A DNA stretch of 64,000 nt. It comes from an uncultured Gemmatimonadales bacterium (lineage in GTDB: Bacteria; Gemmatimonadota; Gemmatimonadetes; Longimicrobiales; Gaopeijiaceae). The stretch is taken from NCBI GenBank assembly GCA_963809895.1, contig CAWELD010000003.1, forward strand, positions 1,984,001 to 2,048,000. Direction: 5' to 3'. Positions 24,570 through 34,671 of the stretch are shown one piece after another. Every line of letters starts with the position of its first letter. Position 1 is the first letter of the stretch. The position numbers were made by a program, and so were the translations under genes. The notes beneath the pieces are model-generated. The model saw nothing but the letters and a program-made list of their open reading frames with translations. It did not search any database and was not told the origin of the DNA.

Positions 24570-25802
24570 GTGGGACAGGACAGGGTACGCGGCCCGGCCT
24601 CGGGGCGCCACCGGCGACGCACCGGGCCGGGGGTCGTGCTCGCTGCCACGGGCCTGGGCGCCCTGGTCGCGACATCGTGCTCCACGCCCCCGGCGCCGCC
24701 CACCCCCCCGGCGACCCTCGAAGCCGCCCTCCCCGCGGCCGACAGCGTGGAGGCGCTACTGGTGCTCCTGGGCGACGGCGGCGAGGCGCTCCCCGGCCGC
24801 AGCCCCGTGTTCGCCCGCGCCGCCGACGAAGTGGAGGCGTGGGCGCCGCGCCTGGACAGCGGCACGGTACGGGTGGTGCTCCTGGGTGACCTGGTCTACC
24901 CCGAGGGCGTGCGCCCGCCCGATGAGCCCGAGTACGCCCGGGACACCCTGCGGCTGCACGCTCAGCTCGCGCCGGTCCTCGGCCCCGAGGCCCGCGCTCG
25001 CGGGGCCCACCTGGACCTGGTGCCGGGCAACCACGACTGGGGGCAGAAGGGCGGCCAGGAAGGCCGCGCGCGCCTCTCCAATCTGGTGGCCGTGGTGGAT
25101 GGCTGGAGGGCTGCGGGGATTCCCGCCGTCGTGCGTCCCGACGACGGTGGCTTCGGACCCGCCGTGCTCGACGTGGGCGCCTCGCACCGCCTGCTCTTCC
25201 TGGACACCCAGGCCTGGCTCGTGGCCGCGGACACCCTGCGCCCCGCCGACGAGGCCGCGCTGGCCGAGGCCATGGGGAGCGCCGGCGGACGCACGGTGAG
25301 CGTCTTCGCCCACCACCCGCTCCTGAGCGGCGGCGAGCACTCCACCGATCCGCCGGGCGGCAGCCTGGGCGGGCTGCGCCGCTGGTTGTCCCGCAGCGGC
25401 GCCCTGGTCCAGGACGCCTCGTCGGGACCCTACGGCGCCCTCATCGACTCCATGCGAGCCGTGTTCCGTCGCGGAACGCCACCCCTGGTGTGGGCGTCGG
25501 GACACGACCACTCTCTCCAGTTGCTGGCGGGGACCGAGCCCGGCGATCCGCGCTGGACCGTGGTGACCGGCTCCGCCTCCAAGCTGGACGAGGTGGCCGG
25601 CGCGCCGGGGATGGTGGTCGGCGGCTCCTGGCCGGGATTCACCGAGCTCTTCCTGATGCGAGACGGGAGCGTCCAGATCCGGGTCATGGCGGGACAGGCG
25701 GACGCGCAGGCGTGCCCCGCCTCCGAAGGCCCCCTGCTCGACCAGTGCATGCGGGCGGGCGAAGACGGCATCCGACCGGTACTGAGCCGCCGCCTGCGCT
25801 GA
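24570..25802 (+). CDS. Calcineurin-like metallophosphoesterase (lipoprotein candidate)
   Basis: GDGG, GDLVY, PGNHDW, HHP, SGHDH. Confidence 0.85.
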   Translation: MGQDRVRGPASGRHRRRTGPGVVLAATGLGALVATSCSTPPAPPTPPATLEAALPAADSVEALLVLLGDGGEALPGRSPVFARAADEVEAWAPRLDSGTVRVVLLGDLVYPEGVRPPDEPEYARDTLRLHAQLAPVLGPEARARGAHLDLVPGNHDWGQKGGQEGRARLSNLVAVVDGWRAAGIPAVVRPDDGGFGPAVLDVGASHRLLFLDTQAWLVAADTLRPADEAALAEAMGSAGGRTVSVFAHHPLLSGGEHSTDPPGGSLGGLRRWLSRSGALVQDASSGPYGALIDSMRAVFRRGTPPLVWASGHDHSLQLLAGTEPGDPRWTVVTGSASKLDEVAGAPGMVVGGSWPGFTELFLMRDGSVQIRVMAGQADAQACPASEGPLLDQCMRAGEDGIRPVLSRRLR

Positions 25803-25830
25803 CAATCCAACTGCAGAGGAGATCACACCC

Positions 25831-26190
25831 GTGCGCAATTTCATCATCCGGCTGTTCGTCAACGCCCTGGCGCTGTCCGCGGCCTCCTACCTCATCGGTG
25901 GCATCACGCTGGCCGGCGGATTCGGTCAGGTGCTCCTGGTGGCGCTGGTGTTCGGTCTCGTCAACGCGCTGCTCAAACCCGTCATGATGTTGCTGTCGCT
26001 GCCCCTGCTGCTGCTCACGCTCGGGCTCTTCACCCTGGTCATCAACGCCGTGCTGCTCCTGATCACGGCACGGCTCACCGACGCCCTCTCGGTTTCGGGC
26101 TTCGGCACGGCGGTGCTGGGCAGCCTGGTGATCTCCATCGTCAGCATGGTACTCAACGGGCTCCTCTCCGACGACAGGAAGAAGGGCTGA
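25831..26190 (+). CDS. DUF360 / 4-TMS 'phage holin family' membrane protein
   Basis: GLVNALLKP...LPLLLLTLGLFTLVINA. Confidence 0.85.
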   Translation: MRNFIIRLFVNALALSAASYLIGGITLAGGFGQVLLVALVFGLVNALLKPVMMLLSLPLLLLTLGLFTLVINAVLLLITARLTDALSVSGFGTAVLGSLVISIVSMVLNGLLSDDRKKG

Positions 26191-27356
26191 CGCTGGAGCT
26201 CTTCGTCGTCACGGCGCCGGGTCTGGAGGAGATCACCGCCCGGGAGATCCAGGCGCTGGGGGTCGCTCCGGGTCCGCGGGAGCCCGGGGGGATCGCGCTC
26301 CAGGGTGACGCCCGTGCGCTCCAGCGTCTCAACCTGGAGCTCCGCACAGCCACCCGCGTGCTCGTGCGCCTGGCCGGTTTCCGGGCCGCCTCGTTCGCCG
26401 AGCTCGAGCGGGAAGCGGCCCGGGTGTCGTGGGAGCAGGTGCTGGCTCCCGGCACCGCCATCGACCTGCGGGTCACCTGCCGCAAATCCCGCCTCTACCA
26501 CTCCGGGGCCGTGGCCGAGCGGCTCCTGCGGGGTGCGGCGGCCCGGGTGCCCGGAGTGCGCGCGGCCGGCAGCGGCGACGACGAGCCCGACGACGCAGCG
26601 GCCGGGCCCGCCCAGCGCATCGTCGCCCGCCTGGTCCGGAACCGGCTCACGCTCAGCGCCGACAGCTCCGGCGAGGCGCTCCACCGCCGCGGGTACCGGG
26701 AAGCGGTGGCCAAGGCTCCGCTGAGGGAATCGCTGGCGGCGGCGGTCCTGATGGCGGCGGGCTGGACCCCGGAGGCGCCCCTGGTGGATCCGCTGTGCGG
26801 TTCGGGCACGCTGGTGCTGGAGGCCGCCCTCATGGCCCGAGCCATCCCTCCGGGCTGGCGGCGCACGTTCGCGTTCCAGCACTGGCCGGGCCACGACGAG
26901 AGCGCGTGGCGGGCGCTCCGGGATCAGGCGGGCGCCGGCATCCGGGACGGGGCACCGGCTCCGCTGTGGGGGTCGGACCGCGACCCCGGCGCCGTGCGGG
27001 CCGCCACGGACAACGCCGTCCGTGCCGGCGTGGCGGCCGACGTAGGCTTCGAACGGCTGGCGGTCTCCGACGCGCGGCCTCCCGCAGGCCACCCGGGCCG
27101 TGGGTGGCTGGTCACCAATCCCCCGTGGGGCGCGCGCATCGGCGACGAAGGCCCGCTCCGGGACCTGTACGCCCGCCTGGGCCAGGTCGCCCGGCGACGC
27201 TTCGGCGGCTGGACGATGGCGGTGCTGTCCGCCTCACCCCGCCTGCTGGGCCACGTGGGGCTGCCCCTGACCGAGCGGCTCGCCTTCGAGAGCGGCGGCC
27301 GCCGCGTGCACCTTCACGTGGGCCCCGTGCCGGCGGCTCACGACGACGACACCTGA
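26187..27356 (+). CDS. THUMP-domain class I SAM RNA methyltransferase (RlmL-like); start uncertain (CTG 26187)
   Basis: FVVTAPGLE...LRTATRVL, DSSGEALHRRGYR, APLRESLAA, DPLCGSGT, NPPWG. Confidence 0.85.
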   Translation: MTLELFVVTAPGLEEITAREIQALGVAPGPREPGGIALQGDARALQRLNLELRTATRVLVRLAGFRAASFAELEREAARVSWEQVLAPGTAIDLRVTCRKSRLYHSGAVAERLLRGAAARVPGVRAAGSGDDEPDDAAAGPAQRIVARLVRNRLTLSADSSGEALHRRGYREAVAKAPLRESLAAAVLMAAGWTPEAPLVDPLCGSGTLVLEAALMARAIPPGWRRTFAFQHWPGHDESAWRALRDQAGAGIRDGAPAPLWGSDRDPGAVRAATDNAVRAGVAADVGFERLAVSDARPPAGHPGRGWLVTNPPWGARIGDEGPLRDLYARLGQVARRRFGGWTMAVLSASPRLLGHVGLPLTERLAFESGGRRVHLHVGPVPAAHDDDT

Positions 27357-27366
27357 GCACCGCGGC

Positions 27367-29793
27367 TCACTCGCTGCGGAGCGCCTCCACCGGGGCCACC
27401 CGGGTCGCCCGCAGGGCCGGCACCAGCGTGGCCGCCAACCCGGTGAGCGTCAGCAGCGCGAACACCCCCAGGTAGGTGGTGGGATCCCAGGGCTTGGCCT
27501 CGTAGAGCAGGATGCCCAGCCCTCGCGCCACCAGCACCGCCAATCCCGTGCCCAGCACGAGCCCGAGGGCGATCTGACGCATCCCCTGACGCATGACCAG
27601 GCTCCGCACCTGCCGGCCCTCGGCGCCCAGCGCCATGCGAATCCCCATCTCCGGCGCCCGCCGGCTCACCGAGAAGGACATCACGCCGTAGAGCCCCACG
27701 GAAGCCAGGAAGAGCGCCGCCACGCCGAAGGCGGCGAACAGCGTGCCGAAGACCCGATAGAACCAGAGGTTGTCGTCGATGCGCCCGCGCAGCGTGTCGA
27801 CCCAGTAGATGGGCGTGTCGGGATCGGCGGCGGCCACGGCGTCCCGGACCTGCGCGGTCAGCGCCAGCGGCTGGCCGTCCACCCGCGCCGCCAGCGAGAC
27901 GAAGCGGGTGTCGTACTGGGCCAGGGGCAGGTAGAAGCCGGCCGGGGGATCGTCGTCGGGATCGCCCACGCCCTCCATGCCCAGGTCCGGCACCACGCCC
28001 ACGATCTCCCGCCAGGGATCGGTGGAATCCAGGCCTCCGAGACGGATGCGCCGCCCCAGCACCTGGCCGTCGGGAAAGTGGTCGCGGGCGAAGCTCTCGT
28101 TCACCACGACCACCGGCGCCGCGTCGGCACCGTCGAGGCGGTTGAGCGTGCGGCCCTGGAGGGCCTCCACCTGGAACGCCTCCAGGTACCCCGGGGTCAC
28201 CGCCGCCCAGCGGGCGGTGGGCAGATCCCGGTCCTCGGTGTAGCTCTCGCCGTCCACGGCGAGTCGGCCGTTGTTGGCGCCCTGTCCGGGGAGCGAGGTG
28301 CCGAGCCCCGCGGCCCGTACGCCGGGCAGCGCGGCCAGGCGCCCCTCCACGTCGTCCCAGAAGCGCAGCCGCGCCGAAGCGTCGGGGAAGCGCTCCTCGA
28401 AGACCCCCACGCGAGCCGTGAACACGTTCTCCGACGGGAAGGGCAGCGCCATGCGGTCCACCCTGACCGCGCTCTTCACCAGCAGCCCCGAGGCGACCAG
28501 AAGCGCCACCGACATGGCCACCTCGGCCACCACCAGCCAGCGGCTCAGTCGGCCGATGTGGAGCCCCGACGAGCCGCGGGACTCGTCCTTGAGCACGGAG
28601 TTCACGTCGGTGGCCGAGGCTCGCAGCGCGGGAATCGCGCCGCTGACCAGCGCCGCCAGCGCGGAGATCCCCACGACGAACGCCAGGATGGGCAGGTCCA
28701 GCGTGAACTGGAACCAGAAGGGTGGGTCGGTGCCCGCCACGGCCCGCGCGAAGAGGGTGATCCCCACCCACGCCACCGCGGTGCCCAGCACGGCGCCCGC
28801 CGCCGCCAATACCCCGGCCTCACCCATGAGCTGGACGATGACCCGAGCCCGGCTGGCGCCCATGGCGGTGCGGATGGCCACGTCGCGCGTGCGCACGGCC
28901 GCCCGCGCCAGCAGGAGGTTCGCCACGTTGGCGCAGGCGATGAGCAGGACCATGACCACCGTGGCCAGCATGGTGAGCAGGATGCCCCGCTCCTCATTGC
29001 CCATGAAGGCCTCGGTGTAGGGACGAATACGCGCTACCACCCCCTCGTTGGTCTCGGGATGCTCGCTGGCGAGCTGGCTGGCGATCCCCGAGAACTCCAC
29101 CATGGCCTGATCGACGGACACGCCCTCGCGGAGCTTGCCGAAGACCGACACGCTCTGCCCCTCACCCCGGGGAATCGCCACCGGGTCGAGGCGGAGCGGG
29201 ACCCACACCTCCTGCAGCTCGGGAAAGGCGAATCCCTCGGGGAGCACGCCCACCACCTGCCCCGCCTCGCCGTTCACCGTGACGCTCCGGCCCACCACGT
29301 CACGGTCCCCGCCGAAGCGCTGTTGCCAGGCGCGGTAGCCCAGCAGGAGGGCCATGGGCGCGCCGGGCTGCATGTCGTCCTGCGTGAATCCGCGCCCCAG
29401 GATGGGCTGCACACCCAGGATTTCCAGGGTGTTGGCGGTCATGAAGGCGCCGTCGTAGCGCTCGGGGCGCTCGCTGCCGCGCACGTTGACCGTGCCCTGG
29501 AAGAGGGCGCCGAGGTCTTCGAACGAACGCTGCCGGGCCCGCCAATCGGTGTAGTCGTGGATGGACACGGCCATGCCCTCGTAGCCCTGTGCGGGACGGG
29601 ACTCGTCGAGGGTCATGATGCGCTCGGCTCCGTCGAAGGGGAGCCCCCGATAGAGGGCGCCGTAGACGATGGAGAACATGACCGCCGTGAGGCCGATCCC
29701 CAGACCCAGGGCCAGCACCGCGATGACCGACACGCCGGGGTTCCTGAACAGGCCCCGGCCCGCGTATCGAAGATCCTTCAGGAAGGTGTCCAC
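27367..29793 (-). CDS. ADOP-type duplicated ABC permease (MacB/FtsX-like)
   Basis: DLRYAGR, LLIACANVANLLLAR, GLYGVMSF...EMGIRMALGA, PVEALRSE. Confidence 0.9.
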   Translation of the reverse strand: MDTFLKDLRYAGRGLFRNPGVSVIAVLALGLGIGLTAVMFSIVYGALYRGLPFDGAERIMTLDESRPAQGYEGMAVSIHDYTDWRARQRSFEDLGALFQGTVNVRGSERPERYDGAFMTANTLEILGVQPILGRGFTQDDMQPGAPMALLLGYRAWQQRFGGDRDVVGRSVTVNGEAGQVVGVLPEGFAFPELQEVWVPLRLDPVAIPRGEGQSVSVFGKLREGVSVDQAMVEFSGIASQLASEHPETNEGVVARIRPYTEAFMGNEERGILLTMLATVVMVLLIACANVANLLLARAAVRTRDVAIRTAMGASRARVIVQLMGEAGVLAAAGAVLGTAVAWVGITLFARAVAGTDPPFWFQFTLDLPILAFVVGISALAALVSGAIPALRASATDVNSVLKDESRGSSGLHIGRLSRWLVVAEVAMSVALLVASGLLVKSAVRVDRMALPFPSENVFTARVGVFEERFPDASARLRFWDDVEGRLAALPGVRAAGLGTSLPGQGANNGRLAVDGESYTEDRDLPTARWAAVTPGYLEAFQVEALQGRTLNRLDGADAAPVVVVNESFARDHFPDGQVLGRRIRLGGLDSTDPWREIVGVVPDLGMEGVGDPDDDPPAGFYLPLAQYDTRFVSLAARVDGQPLALTAQVRDAVAAADPDTPIYWVDTLRGRIDDNLWFYRVFGTLFAAFGVAALFLASVGLYGVMSFSVSRRAPEMGIRMALGAEGRQVRSLVMRQGMRQIALGLVLGTGLAVLVARGLGILLYEAKPWDPTTYLGVFALLTLTGLAATLVPALRATRVAPVEALRSE

Positions 29794-29916
29794 GCCACAT
29801 CGTCCCTGCCGAGGTCGGCCTGCTGGAGATGCCGGCCCTACGGGGCGTTCGGTGGCGAGGTTTCGGGGGATTCCGGGACGGCGGGAGGGGCGCGGAAGCC
29901 CGCCCCACGGCGGATC

Positions 29917-30333
29917 TCAGCCGCCGGCGGGCGGCAGGGCCTCGTCCAGGAGGAAGAGGTCGGTGAGCAGGGAGCGCAGATGGATGTTGGCGTTGAGGTT
30001 GTCCACGAGCTGCGAGCTGATGGAGGAACGGCCCTCCACCAGTCGGACGGCAGCGCGGGCGGCCGCCGCGTCGCGGGCCAGGACGGCCACCGTGTCCCTC
30101 CAGGCATCCTCGGGCTCCAACCCGGCACCGGCCACGAGGCGCTCGGCCACCTCGGCCATGCCGTCCAGCGCGGCGCTCGTGCGCGCCAGGAAGTCCCGGA
30201 GCTGTCCTCCGCTCTTGGAGGCACCGTCGCCGGACACCCCCTGCGCCGCGTAGGCCAGGAAGAACTCGTAGCTCTCCTCCACGGCCTCGATGCGGGCGCG
30301 GAGCTCCCTCAGGGCCTCACTGGTCTCGCTCAC
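29917..30333 (-). CDS. Conserved hypothetical helical protein at the end of the Mo-hydroxylase operon
   Basis: Coding-like ORF (ESYEFFLAYAAQG...SQLVDNLNANIHLRSLLTDLFLLDE) 16 nt after the cytochrome b gene. Confidence 0.7.
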   Translation of the reverse strand: MSETSEALRELRARIEAVEESYEFFLAYAAQGVSGDGASKSGGQLRDFLARTSAALDGMAEVAERLVAGAGLEPEDAWRDTVAVLARDAAAARAAVRLVEGRSSISSQLVDNLNANIHLRSLLTDLFLLDEALPPAGG

Positions 30334-30349
30334 CGTCGCCGCTCCCGCC

Positions 30350-31246
30350 TCAGGGCTCGTCGCGCCGGGCCGAGGGCGCGCCTTCCAGCGCGGCCCCGCC
30401 CCCGGTCTGGCCGGGTGCCGGCGGGGCGGAGGCGGCCGGCCAACGGGCCGGGTCGTGGTGCGCCAGATAGTGCTCCCGGTCGATCCATCCCCGGATCATG
30501 GACCAGGTGATCCAGCGCTTCTCGGGGCGCACGGCGAAGTACACGTGCGCCGCCACGAGCCCGATGAGCGCCACGCCGGACAGCCCGTGCACGACGTAGA
30601 TCACGCCCCAGGTGGTGTCGGCCAGCAGGTACGGGTTCCGGGTCCAGAAGGGCGTGTCGATGCGGACCATCATGAGCAGGCCCGTGGCCACGGCGCCCAG
30701 CGTGGCGATGCCCGCCATGTGGTGGTAGAGGCGGTGGTCGAAGGGATACTTGCCCGAGCGCGGCGGCGGCTCGTCGCCCGGAGCCAGGGCGTGGCGGAGC
30801 TCCCGCATCCCCTGGCCCAGCTCCCGGGGCGCGATCCAGATCGACCGCAGGTCCTGCCAGCCGATGGCGTGGATGACGTGGTAGACGAGCGCCGCGAACA
30901 GCAGGACCCCCGCCATCCAGTGGAGACGCACCCACGGAAACTGGAGCCCCAGCACCGGCACGAAGGCGGTGATGAGCAGCCCGAACACGGCCACGGACAT
31001 GGTCCAGTGGAAGGCCCGGGCGGCCAGCGAGTGCCGCTGGACCCGCTCCGGCACGCCCGGGGTGGTGCCCCCGGAAGGTGCAGGCGCCGCCTCCGCCGTG
31101 GCCGCGCCGCCTCGCAGGCGCATCCAGAGCGCGTGGCCGACCACGAAGGCCGCCGAGGCCAGCACCGCCAGCCACACCAGGTCCCAGCCGATGCCCACCA
31201 GCACCTGCTGGCCCCAGGGATTCGTGGCCCTGCGCAGGATCTCCAC
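30350..31246 (-). CDS. Cytochrome b (FdnI / Ni-hydrogenase cyt b type) membrane subunit
   Basis: RHSLAARAFHW, LHWMAG, GKY, VVHGL, AHVYFA, SMIRGW...HH; 1-nt overlap with the FAD subunit stop. Confidence 0.85.
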   Translation of the reverse strand: MEILRRATNPWGQQVLVGIGWDLVWLAVLASAAFVVGHALWMRLRGGAATAEAAPAPSGGTTPGVPERVQRHSLAARAFHWTMSVAVFGLLITAFVPVLGLQFPWVRLHWMAGVLLFAALVYHVIHAIGWQDLRSIWIAPRELGQGMRELRHALAPGDEPPPRSGKYPFDHRLYHHMAGIATLGAVATGLLMMVRIDTPFWTRNPYLLADTTWGVIYVVHGLSGVALIGLVAAHVYFAVRPEKRWITWSMIRGWIDREHYLAHHDPARWPAASAPPAPGQTGGGAALEGAPSARRDEP

Positions 31247-32244
31247 TACTCGGCGCTCCGCACGGCGCGGCGCACCAGGTTGCGCAGGAGAGGCACCTTG
31301 TAGCCGTTGTGACGGAGCGGCCGCGCGCCTTCCACCGCGACTTCACCGGCGGCCCGGGCGGTGTCCTCGCCGGTGGGAGCGCCGGCCAGCAGGCGCTCCA
31401 CCCGGTGCAGGCGGATCGGGTAGGGCGCCACCCCGTTCACGGCCACCCGCGCCTCCTGGATGCGCCCCCCGGACGTGCGGAAGGCACCGGCCACCGTGAC
31501 CAGCGAGAAGTCCCACGAGCCGCGGTCCCGCACCTTCTCGAAGTAGACCTGCGCCCCGGCCCAGGCCGCGGGCACCCGGATCGCGGTGAGGAGGTCGCCG
31601 GGCTCCAGCACGGTCATGCGGGTGATGTCCAGCGCCGGCCCGATGAAGTAGTCCTCCGCCTCGTGGACGTGCTCGCCGCGGCGATCCCGCACCACCATGC
31701 GCGCGTCCAGCGCGATGAGCGCCGGCGCCGTGTCCGACGGGTTCACGGCGACGCAGCGGCTGGCGCCCAGGATGCAGTGCTCCCGGTTCATGGCGTCGGG
31801 GGCCGAGGCGTAGCAGGTGTTGCCGCCGGCCCGGTAGCAGGGCCAGCCGCTCCGGTAGTACCAGCAGCGGGTGTCCTGCGACACGTTGCCCCCCAGCGTG
31901 CCCTGATTGCGGATCTGGGGCGTGGCCACGTGCCCCGCCGCATCGGCCAGGAGCGGATAGTCGGCCGTGATGCGGGGATGGTTCACGACCTCGGTGAGCG
32001 GCGTCAGCGCGCCGATCTCCAGCCCGTCGTCGGTTTCACGCACGCCCCGGAGCTCGTCCAGAGCCCCCACGTCCACCACCGCCCGGGGCCGCTTGATGCG
32101 GTCCTTGAACCAGTCCATGGAGTCCAGCCCGCCGGCCAGCACCCAGGCTCGCTCCCCGTGCTCGGCGAGCAGGTCCAGCGCCGCCTCCACCGAGGCGGGC
32201 TGGAAGAGATCGAAGGCCGGGATCATGTCGCGAATGGTCGCCAT
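31246..32244 (-). CDS. Xanthine dehydrogenase family FAD subunit (PaoB/YagS-like, with 4Fe-4S insert)
   Basis: LAGG, ATPQIRNQGTLGGN, RCWYYR...CYR...CYA...RCVAVNPSD. Confidence 0.9.
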   Translation of the reverse strand: MATIRDMIPAFDLFQPASVEAALDLLAEHGERAWVLAGGLDSMDWFKDRIKRPRAVVDVGALDELRGVRETDDGLEIGALTPLTEVVNHPRITADYPLLADAAGHVATPQIRNQGTLGGNVSQDTRCWYYRSGWPCYRAGGNTCYASAPDAMNREHCILGASRCVAVNPSDTAPALIALDARMVVRDRRGEHVHEAEDYFIGPALDITRMTVLEPGDLLTAIRVPAAWAGAQVYFEKVRDRGSWDFSLVTVAGAFRTSGGRIQEARVAVNGVAPYPIRLHRVERLLAGAPTGEDTARAAGEVAVEGARPLRHNGYKVPLLRNLVRRAVRSAE

Positions 32245-32252
32245 GGCTCCTC

Positions 32253-34652
32253 CTAGCCTACGTGGGGGGTGAGAGGATGGAAGGGCAGCGGGACGCCCTC
32301 CAGCTCGGCCAGGATCATGTCCGGCGTCAGGGGGGTGCGGCACAGGTAGCGGCCGCCCATGGCGTCGGCGACGGCGCAGCCCACGGCGGCGGCTCCGGCG
32401 CCCACCGGCGGCTCGCCGATCCCCTTGGCGCCCACCGGCGTGTAGGGATCGGGCTCGTTCACCGCCGCCCAGGACACGTCCAGGGGCACGTCGAGGATGC
32501 CCGGCGGACGCGCCGTGTAGAGGCGGTTGGCGAAGGGCACGCCCCACTTGGGATCGAAGACCCAGCGCTGGGTCATGGCCATGCCCATGCCCTGGATGCT
32601 CCCGCCCAGGACCTGCGCGCCCAGGCTCCTCGGATGCACCACGGTGCCGCAGTCGGTGACCCCGGTGTACTCGACGATGTCGACCACGCCCGTCTCCACG
32701 TCGAGCTCGACCCGAGCGAAACCTACCACCCAGGTGTAGACCGCGCCCTCGCCCCCGTACTCGTCGCGGGCCACGCCCATGAGGCCCTGCCCGGCCAGCC
32801 CACTCGCCGCGGCCACCGTGACCTCGTGGATGGACTCGGGGAGCTCGTGGCCGTCGTAGCGTCCGCCCAGGGCGATGGCCCGCTCCGCCACCTGGCCCAG
32901 GGTCATGCCCGTGGCCGGGCTGCCGCGGCGGAAGACCCGACCATCCTCGAGCACGTAGGCGTCGGGGCTGCCGCCCAGGGTGCGGGCGGCGATCTCCTGC
33001 ACCTTCCGGCGGGCGTCCTCGCCGGCGGCGTGGTTGGCCCGGGTGTGGGCGTGGGTCGTCTGGCTGCCGGCCTGCACCGAGCTCCAGGGCAGGCCCTTGC
33101 TGGTGTCCCCCCAGACCACCTCCACGTCGCTCCACGGTACGCCCAGCACGTCGGCGGCGGCGCGGGCGGTGTCGGCGATGGAGTGGGTGCCCAGGTTGCC
33201 GATGCCCTGGTGCACCTGGAGCGTGCCGTCGGGCCGGATGATCAGCAGGCCGTCGTAGCCCCGGGAGCCCGCGGTGAAGGGGGACAGGCCGATGCCCACG
33301 CCGGTGACTCGCGTGCCGTTCCGCTGGCCGGAGAGCGCCTTCTTCTCCTCCCAGCCGAACAGCTCGGCGCCGAGCTGCAACGCCTCTTTGGCGCGCACGC
33401 TGGTGAGGGGGTTCAGGCGGGCGCCGAAGCGCGCATCTGGACCCGGGGCGTTGCGCAGGCGGATCGCCAGGCGGTCCATGTCGAGCTCCCGCGCCGCCTT
33501 GTCGACGATGGGCTCCAGCATGGAGATGATCTGCGCGCCGCCGGGGCCGCGCTGCGCCGAGCGGGGAGGCGTGTTGGTGAACACCGACACGCCACGGAAG
33601 CGCATGGCCTCGGGCTGATACGCCAGGTGGGCCACGTCGCCGGCGGTGAAGATGTCGCCCTGCGAGCCGTAGGAGCCGTTGTCCTGCACCAGGTAGAGGT
33701 CCAGCGCCGTCATGCGCCCGTCCGCCCGGAGTCCCATGCGCACCCAGCCCTGGAATCCCGCCCGGGCCCGGCCGATGTAGTTCTCCTCGTAGCGGGTGAT
33801 CCGCATCATCACCGGTCGGCCGATCTTCCGCGACAGGAGCGGAGGCACCTGCATGATGGGGCTGCCGGAGATCTTGCTGCCGAAGCCGCCGCCACAGAAC
33901 TCGGCGATCATGACCACGTCGTCGAGGTCCAGGTCCAGCGACCGGGCCAGCGACACGCGCGTGCGGGCCGTGCTCTGTGTGGAGGTGTGGATGAAGAGCT
34001 TGCCGTTCTGCCAGTAGGCGAGTGTGGTACGGGGCTCCATGGGGTGATGGGTCAGCGACTGGTGGAGGATGCTCTCCTCCACGATGACGTCGGCGGCAGC
34101 GAAGCCGGCCTCGACGTCGCCGTGCGCCCACTCCAGCGTCGGCTCGCCCCGGGGCAGCGTGCCCTCGGGCACCGCGTCGAAGTCCGCGGCGGTCCACTTG
34201 TGGGTCTGGAGCTCGCGATCGGCGTAGACGTTGCCCTGCGTGCGCGCGTTCGGGCCCCCGGGGCGGAGGCTCTGGAGCGGGTCCAGCACGAAGGGCAGCG
34301 GCTCCAGGTCGACGCGGATGCGCTCCACCGCGTCGGCGGCCGTGGTCTCGTCCACAGCGGCCACCGCCAAAATGGGCTCTCCCTGGTAGACGGGCTCCGA
34401 GGTGAGGCAGGGCTCGCCGGGTGCCTCCACCGCAGGCACCTCGTCGGCGGTGAGGATGCCGAGCACGCCGGGCATGGCCAGGGCCTCGTCGGCATCGATG
34501 CTCCGCACGCGGGCGTGGGGCATGGGGCTCAGGAGGAGCTTGGCGAAGGCCATGCCCTCGGCCCGGAAGTCCTCCGAATAGCGGGCCCGTCCGGTGATCT
34601 TGGCCACCAGGTCCGGCGGTGCGATGTCCTGCCCGATGAGCTTGTCGGCCAT
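32253..34652 (-). CDS. Xanthine dehydrogenase family molybdopterin subunit (PaoC-like)
   Basis: KITGRARY, HHPMEP, GGGFGSK, RGPG, AKGIGEPP. Confidence 0.92.
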   Translation of the reverse strand: MADKLIGQDIAPPDLVAKITGRARYSEDFRAEGMAFAKLLLSPMPHARVRSIDADEALAMPGVLGILTADEVPAVEAPGEPCLTSEPVYQGEPILAVAAVDETTAADAVERIRVDLEPLPFVLDPLQSLRPGGPNARTQGNVYADRELQTHKWTAADFDAVPEGTLPRGEPTLEWAHGDVEAGFAAADVIVEESILHQSLTHHPMEPRTTLAYWQNGKLFIHTSTQSTARTRVSLARSLDLDLDDVVMIAEFCGGGFGSKISGSPIMQVPPLLSRKIGRPVMMRITRYEENYIGRARAGFQGWVRMGLRADGRMTALDLYLVQDNGSYGSQGDIFTAGDVAHLAYQPEAMRFRGVSVFTNTPPRSAQRGPGGAQIISMLEPIVDKAARELDMDRLAIRLRNAPGPDARFGARLNPLTSVRAKEALQLGAELFGWEEKKALSGQRNGTRVTGVGIGLSPFTAGSRGYDGLLIIRPDGTLQVHQGIGNLGTHSIADTARAAADVLGVPWSDVEVVWGDTSKGLPWSSVQAGSQTTHAHTRANHAAGEDARRKVQEIAARTLGGSPDAYVLEDGRVFRRGSPATGMTLGQVAERAIALGGRYDGHELPESIHEVTVAAASGLAGQGLMGVARDEYGGEGAVYTWVVGFARVELDVETGVVDIVEYTGVTDCGTVVHPRSLGAQVLGGSIQGMGMAMTQRWVFDPKWGVPFANRLYTARPPGILDVPLDVSWAAVNEPDPYTPVGAKGIGEPPVGAGAAAVGCAVADAMGGRYLCRTPLTPDMILAELEGVPLPFHPLTPHVG

Positions 34653-34671
34653 GGCGCGTGCTCCCGCCCCC

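Noticed and set aside
25831..26190. Holin as evidence of a prophage
   Set aside because: DUF360 proteins are common chromosomal genes and there are no phage genes nearby
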